A stretch of 64,000 bases of DNA, from the NCBI GenBank assembly GCA_964188305.1, contig OZ076892.1. One strand, 5' to 3'. The translations under genes were made by a program, and so were the position numbers. Under the pieces are notes generated by a model. That model worked only from the letters and a program-made list of their open reading frames with translations, searched no databases and was not told the origin of the DNA. The stretch comes from Podarcis bocagei (taxonomy: Eukaryota). Shown one piece after another: positions 53,001 through 64,000 of this stretch. Within the stretch, counting starts at the first letter, position 1; the number at the start of each line of letters is the position of its first letter.

Positions 53001-54032
53001 CCTGCTCACCACTAGCTCTAACCTCACCCATAGTCAGCAAATGGCCCCTGCTGGATTTCCTGCCAGGAGACTGTGGCACTTGAGAGATCAAAGTTTCTTA
53101 GTCCCTGTTCTATAAGGTAGTATGTGACATCTTGTCACTCAGCTTCTGGGTGTGTCCCTGACCGATTAGCTGGGCTTTTATTTTGACCATTTGATGAGGC
53201 TAGCATGCTGAGAAGTACTGCAGTCCCTTCCTTCCACTTGGACACCAAACCAAGAAATTCTAGCTTCTCTTTTTCTCTTTGCAGGTGACAAAGGTCATTC
53301 TGGTTTTCCACCGGGCAGAGGCTGTGGCCTTCAGCAGCCGAGAACAAGAGCTGTTCATTCACTTCTGCATGGCATTTCTGGAAGACTTGGTACCCTACCT
53401 CAACCGTTGTCTGCAGCTCCTCTTCCCCCCAGCACAAATTGCACAGACTTTGGGTATGGCTGCTTGAACTCTTTTGATGGGAAAGGAGCTTGCAGCTGAG
53501 CCCTGGTCTGTGGTGGATGAGTGGCTCCTGCTTGTGACTTTGTGAACAGCACATTGGTGGGGTGGGGTTGCTTGGTGGTGGTCCTTGTAGGCTTGCAAGT
53601 CATTGAAATCAGTGCTCAACAGCTCAGGCTACTGCCCGGGGAAGGGAGAGAGAGAGAATTGGCAGTAGTACAAGGAATGTTCTCTTGCTTAGGGTTGATG
53701 TAAGATTTTAACTTCTCATTTTAATATATTTTCTTTTTTTACTGCTAGGTGTTCCCCCAACACAGCTGCACAAATATGGCAGTCTTGGCTGTGTGGATGA
53801 GCAGCTGATTCAGGAGCTCCTGGCCTCAGTCCTGCCGGAGAAAGAGACTGTCTATCCCTTGTCTGAGGAGAAAAGGCTGACTGAAGAAAGCCTAGCACCT
53901 CCTCCATTGGACTTGGAACTCCCTGATGCCAGGCAGGAAGCAGATCCCAGTGCCCCAGCCCCTGTTCTGGAAGCAGAAGAGAGCAGTGCAGCTTCTGGTG
54001 ATGCCTTGCTGCTGAGTGCTCCTCTAGAATAA
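50050..54032 (+). CDS. COG8: Conserved oligomeric Golgi complex subunit 8, about 614 aa
   Basis: Exons 50050-50402, 50599-50806, 51794-52624, 53285-53453, 53749-54032 (1845 nt). [67 protein letters not shown] at 54244 and 54455. Confidence 0.96.
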
Positions 54033-54679
54033 TTTTCACTGGATTTGCCTGTTTTCCGGGGTTCCATGATACTTGAACCTGACTGAGGAGAGACTCATTC
54101 CTGCGATGGGCAGGCACAGCTCTTGGTTTTGGGTTCTACTTCAGCACTTCAAGGACAGACTGAGCTTTCATTGCTCTGGTGGGAAGGAAGTTGGGTGTGG
54201 ACACTGGGAGGAAGGAATTTTGGTGAAGGTGGATCAGGGTTTGAATAAACTTGATTGCTTGTTTGGTTCTCTGTGTTGTACCTCAGTATGCTGTACTGTA
54301 AAGAGAGTGGGCCCCTGAATCTTCTCTCCCGAGGCTAGTTGCTTTAGGTATCAGTCAGTACCAGTTTTTTCTGGGCCTCCCCATTCACCAAAAATGCTCA
54401 TGTGTCATCCTTATCTTCCTCTCCTCTGGAATTGCCTGGTGCCTTAAGCTGCAGAATAAAATGTGTCTCTGCCAGTTTTCCCTTGATATCTCAGACTAAG
54501 TATGAATTTCTTCTTTGGTAAGTCCAACTTGCTGAGTGTGGGAATCCCACTGTTCTTACCAACTGCTTTGGGTTGTAGCTGGCCCTTCAGAAGAGGGTAA
54601 TTACTCTAGTTGGTGCTACAGGAAGAGGAAACCTGCTAGCCAAGACCAAGATCATCTGCAGTTGAAGCCCAAGAAATGA

Positions 54680-54681
<2 letters not shown>

Positions 54682-54733
<52 letters not shown>
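54682..54733. repeat. (TAA)n microsatellite forming the tail of an L2-like element
   Basis: Read directly from the sequence; followed by the L2-like tail sequence also seen at 30636. Confidence 0.9.
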
Positions 54734-54734
<1 letters not shown>

Positions 54735-55449
54735 TTTATTTATACACTGCCCATCTGGCTGGGTTTCCCCAGCCACTCTTGGCAGCTTATAGCATATAGA
54801 AAACATAGTAAAACATCAAACATTAAAAACTTCCCAATACAGGGCTGCTTTCAGATGTATTCTAAAAGTTCTGTAGTTCTTTTATCTCCTTGGCATTTGA
54901 AGGGAGGGCATTCCACAGGGAGAAGAGTTTAGATCCTGGTTTGAGCTTTAGCAGATGAGAAATAAATTTAAAACAACAGCTCCATCACCAGGGCAAGTTA
55001 AAATGGCCCAGGACAGCAAGTGAGTGAGATTTTGAATGCTTCAAAATCCTCCCTTTTTTGGGGGGGGATATTAAGCAAAGTGGACAGGAGGCAGGGAGAG
55101 AACGGTGGACTGTGTCTAGGAGTCCTAAAAAGGTAGCAGGTAAGTGTGAGGGAGTCTTAATTGGAGTAAGTCTCTGCATAGAAAAGGATAGAACAATTTT
55201 TGTCTAGAAAGGTTGAAAGGATTTTCACCCCCTAGCTGGTAGTTGAGGGGTGCATGTGTGGAAATGCAGCAAGTATTCAGGGCCAAAACTTGCTGGCGTT
55301 GACTTTAGCAGCAGGGCTGAGGTAAAGCAGATGAGCCTGAGGCAGCTGCATCGCTACCAATGATATGATGGGGAAAACCTGTCACTTCAAGAGGGATCTT
55401 ATTCTCCCCTTTGCTACACAACTGCTTCCTCTTATGGAAGAAGCTGACC

Positions 55450-55620
55450 TAAAGCGTCTGCAAGTACGCCGCCTGCCACGGAGTGGTGCCGTTCTTTGTT
55501 TTGAGAACTACATTTCCCAGCATCCACGGGCACTTCCGGTTTCCTAGCTTCGCGTGGCTTGTCAAGACAGGAAGTTGGGCAGCTCCATTGAAACTTGAGA
55601 CTTGGAGTCAGGTAGGGCTG
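55450..55620 (+). promoter_or_regulatory. Probable PDF promoter and non-coding first exon
   Basis: ZNF143/THAP11-type ACTACATTTCCCAGCATCC 55507-55525, ETS CACTTCCGGT 55531-55540, donor CAG|GTAGGG after 55611, acceptor ttctttggacag ending at 56394. Confidence 0.6.
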
Positions 55621-56419
55621 AGGTCCTGGTTGCGGGGGGGGGGGACCAACATTTTGAAACCCTCCTCGATGTTAAAACAAATTAGAACGAGCCTCCCTGC
55701 GAGTAGAAGCCCAGCAGCAGAGTTCTGGCGTTTTGCTGGTCAAGAGTGCATTGGGAGAGCTGAGTTCAAGTTCACCGCTCATTCCCATGATGCTCACCGG
55801 ATGACCTTGGACCCTTCATTTTCCCGCAGCATATCCCTACCTCACCGGGTTATTGGGAGAATTAAAATATCGGTGGGAAGGAACCATGTGAGCTGTTTGG
55901 AGGGAAATAAATAGATGATAATATATACAAGAGAGGTATCCAAAATTTAATTGGAAGGGGTACAGAACATTCCGCCTCCTAATTTTGCTGCTGCAAATCT
56001 TAGAATCTTTCTGTATTGCTTTTGCAGAGAGGCCTGCTTTTTCCATCTCTGCAGAGTCACAGGAAAATGCCATACAGAGTAGACAGATCCTTGGTCCATC
56101 TAGCTCAGTACTGGCTATGCTGATGGGCAGTAGCTCTCCAGGGTTTCCTATTGGGTCTCTGTGTGTCTCTTCCAGCCCTTACTTGGAGACACTGCTGGGT
56201 ATTGAACCTGGGACCATGCAAAAGCCAAGCGGATGCTCTGCCCGAACGCCAGCCTCCAGCCCTTCCCCTCCCAGTGATCTTAGCTAGGCCACCCTTTGAC
56301 TCTAGAAACTTTCCAGCAGTAACCCTTGGGAGTGCTTGCACCTGTTGTCTTTGCATTATTTTTATTTTCTCATATTTATTTGTTCTTTGGACAGATGGCT
56401 TTGTGGCTGAAGCACAATT

Positions 56420-57808
56420 ATGGCAGTTTGTAGGCTAAGGCCTGGCTTGGCCTGGATGCTGGACAGACTCCTTTGGAACAGAGCTTTCCTGGCACCTTTA
56501 CCATGCAGAAGTTGCAGCCACACTTGTTCCTCTCCGGCAGAGAAGCAGCGCACCTATTGGCAATATCTGCGGCGCAAAGTCTTGAAACCTCCCACCCCAC
56601 CCTACAGCCACGTCTGCCAGGTGGGGGACCCCATTCTGCGCTCCCTGGCTGCCCCCGTGGAGCCCTCACAGATTGCCAGTGGTGAGGTGCAGACCCTCAT
56701 CCGTACTCTGGTTCGTGTGATGAGGAAAGAACAATGTGTGGGTCTCAGTGCTCCCCAAGTGGGCGTGCCACTCCAGATCTTTGTGGCTGAGTTCTCCGAG
56801 AGGCTCTTCCATGAGCACACCCCCAGCATGCGCCAGGCTTGCCAGATGGCCCCCTTCCCCCTGCATGTGGTAGTGAACCCATCCCTAAGGGTGCTGGACT
56901 CCCAACTGGTCTCTTTCCCCGAGGGCTGTAAAAGCATCAGTGGATTCTCTGCTTGCGTCGCCAGATACCAAGCCGTGGCAGTTTCCGGTGAGCTGGCAAT
57001 GTTATTCCTTGTAGCTTTAACACACTTGGATGAGGTGTGAGTTTTGGAGCTGGTATAGGTGTGTGGCAAGCCTCAGGTGTTCAAACTTGGCTCTGTGTTG
57101 ATCTTATGAGGTGTTATTAATGCAAACGGGAATCTACATTATGCATTCCAATTGTGGGAACGTAGCTAAGTACAAACTCATGGCACCAAACAACTTTTCC
57201 CCACACTGCCTGTCAAAATGCGCATGTTTTTTATCCCAAAGCCTTTCATCAGTAGCACACTCATGTTGCTTTTCTGTTATTTGGTGTGACTGTGGACAGG
57301 AGGTGTAGCAAGGGACAATTTATGTATGAAAAATGGAATGGGGAGAGTGGGTGGGTAGAACATCAGGGGCATCAGTTTCTCCTGCTTATGCTGTCCTGCT
57401 GTGGAATCTTTCAGAAGTCTTACTTTTCTAATTTTTGACAGGGCTGAGGGGCACAGCTGGTTTCAATAAGTACCAGCAAAAAGCAGGGACAGGTAGATAT
57501 TCTCTGGGCACAGGGAGCCTGCACTGGGCCTACAGCTTGGGGAAAGTTCAGTCAGATATACATGTTCCTACAAGGGGAGTGATTCATTAAGGTATGACAG
57601 GACCCCAGAGCTGCATTTCTCACTGGAGTTCCTCTTTTTCCCTTCCCCAGGTCTGAATGAAGTTGGGGAGCAGTTTAGCTGGCCGGCAAGTGGCTGGGCA
57701 GCCCGCATCATCCAGCATGAGATGGACCATCTGCAGGGTGTGTTGTATATTGACAAGATGGACAGCAGGACTTTTGTGAATCTGCAGTGGGAACAGCTAA
57801 ATGAATGA
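56420..57808 (+). CDS. PDF: Peptide deformylase, mitochondrial, about 241 aa
   Basis: Exons 56420-56987 and 57651-57808 (726 nt). Motifs [22 protein letters not shown] and an Arg-rich transit-like N-terminus. AATAAA at 58442. Confidence 0.95.
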
Positions 57809-60448
57809 AGCAGGACTGGGCCCAGGGGGGCGGGGGGAGAGAGGCCTGTTTTTCTCTGCCTGCTGTTCCTAAGTATGTCCAAACCAGTGAAAGGGGCAAT
57901 AGAAAGAGAAGGTGGACACTTCCAATGTGAGGGGGTTCAATGATGTTTTTACTGCTTGACATCTTTACTTTCCCTATTTGTGGCATGAGGAGAGGAAGCT
58001 GGGCAGGTAAGCTGGGCATAAGCATGCCCTTTCCCCACCCCACATGGTGCTGCAGGAGTTTTTTTTTTGGGGGGGGGAATACTAAGAAAGCAGAAGCTGT
58101 TAAAGGGTAGCAATTCAGTATCTTTCAACTGCTGCACGGCATTCTCTTGGCCAGTGCACTGTACAGTACCTTAAAGGAAAATGGCTTTGTCCAATTTCAG
58201 CCAGTGGAAGCTCCAAACAGAACCCCTCCAAAGCAACCCTAAAAAACTTGATCATCTACTAATGGAGCCTATCTCCAGCCGCTCATTGAGGTTGGGGGGG
58301 GGGCAAAATTCAAGACGAAAAAGCAGTGAGATGGCCTTCTCCAACTTCTACCTTGACTAGTGAAGTAGGCTAACATGCGGGAAGGTGAGCAAACACTTGT
58401 TAAAACCAACAGACACCAACTAAAACTGCATAGCAATTCACAATAAAAAGGCATTGACGACCTCTTCACCTGTAATACCTCGCCATGTTTTACTTCACAA
58501 CATAATACGTAACTGTATTTTAGTAATGTTTTAAGTTGTCTGTTTTTGCTTCAGTCTTCTGTACACCGCTTACATATATTTTTAATAGATTAAGCAGTAT
58601 AGAAATTAAACAATCAACTCATAAAATAAACCTCTTGATTTTAATAAAACCTCTTAAAGAGATTTACAGATTAAATGCACCCACAACCCCCTCCTAGCTA
58701 GCTAAATTGTGCACAGAGCTGCTGGCCTCAACGCTCTAGCACCTTCAGCTTGTAGGGATGTGGATTGCATCTGTGGTGTGGGAAGGAGATAAGACTAAGC
58801 AGAATAAAGGAGACTGCCTCTTCCTTCATCTCCTGTGGAGAAACTGTGAAACAAATTGTACCATTGTATGTTGCTTGTAAAAAATCAGCTGAATATATAA
58901 GAGACAAATAGTTCAACACTTTATTCTTCCATAAACTGTCCCTCCCCACACTGGAATCAACTCAAAATTATGTACACGTGACAAGAAAGGGGGCAGGGGG
59001 TGTACAGGCCGCTAAACCCCTTGACAGTTAAGAGGTTCTCACAGCTATTCACTTGAATTTCACCAAGAGCTCCCACCCTCCCCTACATGCCTTCCTCAGT
59101 AGTACTAAGACAAGAAGACTAAAGCTCAGGAAAGTAGCTTTAGTGGCAGAGAAAGGTGGATTTGTTGAATTAGGAATCAGCAGTTACCTTCAGGGAAGCA
59201 AAAACCCTGCTGTAAGTAGAAGCCTATGCTTAAGCATTGCCAGCCTCCTCCACTTGTGGCACAAGAGCCATTGCCTAGAGCCAATGGGGTGGAATAAATG
59301 AGTCCTTTGCCTCCCCATGGCATGGATTTTTAAAAAAGACACTCTAGAGCCCCAGATTGCAGCAGAGACACACCAGCAGAGGCCCAACCATGAGCAAAGA
59401 AGCCATGGGGGGGGATGGGGGGCAGATCTCCCACATGCTGCAGCTGCAAAGGCGGGAAAGCTCCATCTCATTTGCAGGACTTTGCCAGCACCTGTGTGCT
59501 GACAGGTGCCCAGTTTGCATTCCTTAGTACCGTCACCTCTTGTGCCACAGCTGGAAGAGCAAAGACGTCATCCCTTTCTGAGAAGGAGCAGGCTTGCTGG
59601 GTTGAGCCACAGTGCCAGGATAAGACCGAGGGGCTTGGAGCTGCAGCCCTCCTCATCCCTTTTCTGCTCCCCTTCTGCTTTTTCTGTGCCACACATGCAA
59701 AACGCTACAGAGCTGAAGGGCAACAAATTCTGCAGCAACACAGCATCCTGTGGGGCAGAGCACATTTTCAGATACCTTACCTCAAGCCATGCCAGGCCTT
59801 GGCAGGGTAAGCTTCTTGGACAGCACTTCCAACATGAGTACCTCAACTCCAGGAGAGAGCTGAGCATTAGTTAAGCCTTGGAGTGTATTTCTCACTGGGG
59901 AGCTTCCTGCCACTTTGGCTGAGCCAGAAGAAGGCCACACTCTTCAAAGTTCAGATCAAGCTTGGAAGTGCAGCATTTCAGATTTCAAGGAGTAAGCAAT
60001 GGCCTTAGGTGAAGCCAGTTCGGTTTTCTCTTTGGGGTGGCACCAGGTGTTGCTTCCACAGGAGCTGGAAGGGGTCTCAGGAAAAAAGGGTTGCGGTATA
60101 GTGGAAGTTTTGGATTGTTTTTATTTGTATATAAACAAGCCAAGCAGCGTTAGAGGGGGGGAAATGAAAGAGCAACCATGAAGGCAGGGATGTCTGGATG
60201 GGGAAAAACCAGAGCGGGCTGGGCTCAGCCTTCTCCCCTTTGTGTCCATCTCCCAGAGTAGCAATGGAGGCTGTGTCACCTCATCCTCTTCCTTCCCCAG
60301 CCAAGTGCCCCAAGCAGAGACAGATTCAGTAGTAAGCTGGATGCTAACCTCTGCCTGGCACAGTCCACTGTCAGCACAAAGGGCCTTGTCTACACACATG
60401 TCCATGGTAAAATGCCCCCCATCACCGCTGCTCCTCATAGGCACAGCA

Positions 60449-63916
<3,468 letters not shown>

Positions 63917-64000
63917 CTGAAGAGAGAGAGAGGCATCAAATGATATGGGGTGGGCAGTGCCATGAGGGGCAGGAGGACTCCCCAACTCATGCCTACTCCA

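Overview
Eukaryotic (vertebrate) genomic DNA, inferred to be from a squamate reptile, probably a lacertid lizard, because of the Sauria-type SINEs, CR1/L2 relics and several L1 families. The window is gene-dense and carries nine spliced protein-coding genes. Most entries in the six-frame ORF track are exon fragments or noise. Gene order: PMFBP1 (+, 3' part) >< DHX38 (-, 26 coding exons) < DHODH (-, 9 exons) <> TERF2 (+, 9 exons) > TMED6 (+) >< NIP7 (-) <> COG8 (+) > PDF (+) >< VPS4A (-, 3' part). I traced exon boundaries by eye; for the seven complete genes the exon lengths sum to intact reading frames of expected size. Main observations: (1) TERF2 appears to have lost an intron imprecisely. 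The segments matching human exons 2 and 3 are fused, four residues (GENL) are missing, and the F120-equivalent residue in the TRFH peptide-docking loop is Ile. (2) TXNL4B and haptoglobin are not recognisable between DHX38 and DHODH; an internally deleted, TSD-flanked L1 and an orphan promoter-like element sit there instead. (3) DHODH is head-to-head with TERF2, joining two blocks that are separated in human. (4) Six consecutive PMFBP1 exons are phase-0 multiples of 21 nt (whole heptads). (5) A VPS4A exon junction recreates a CAG|GTAAGC donor. Comparisons with human come from recall, not from a search.
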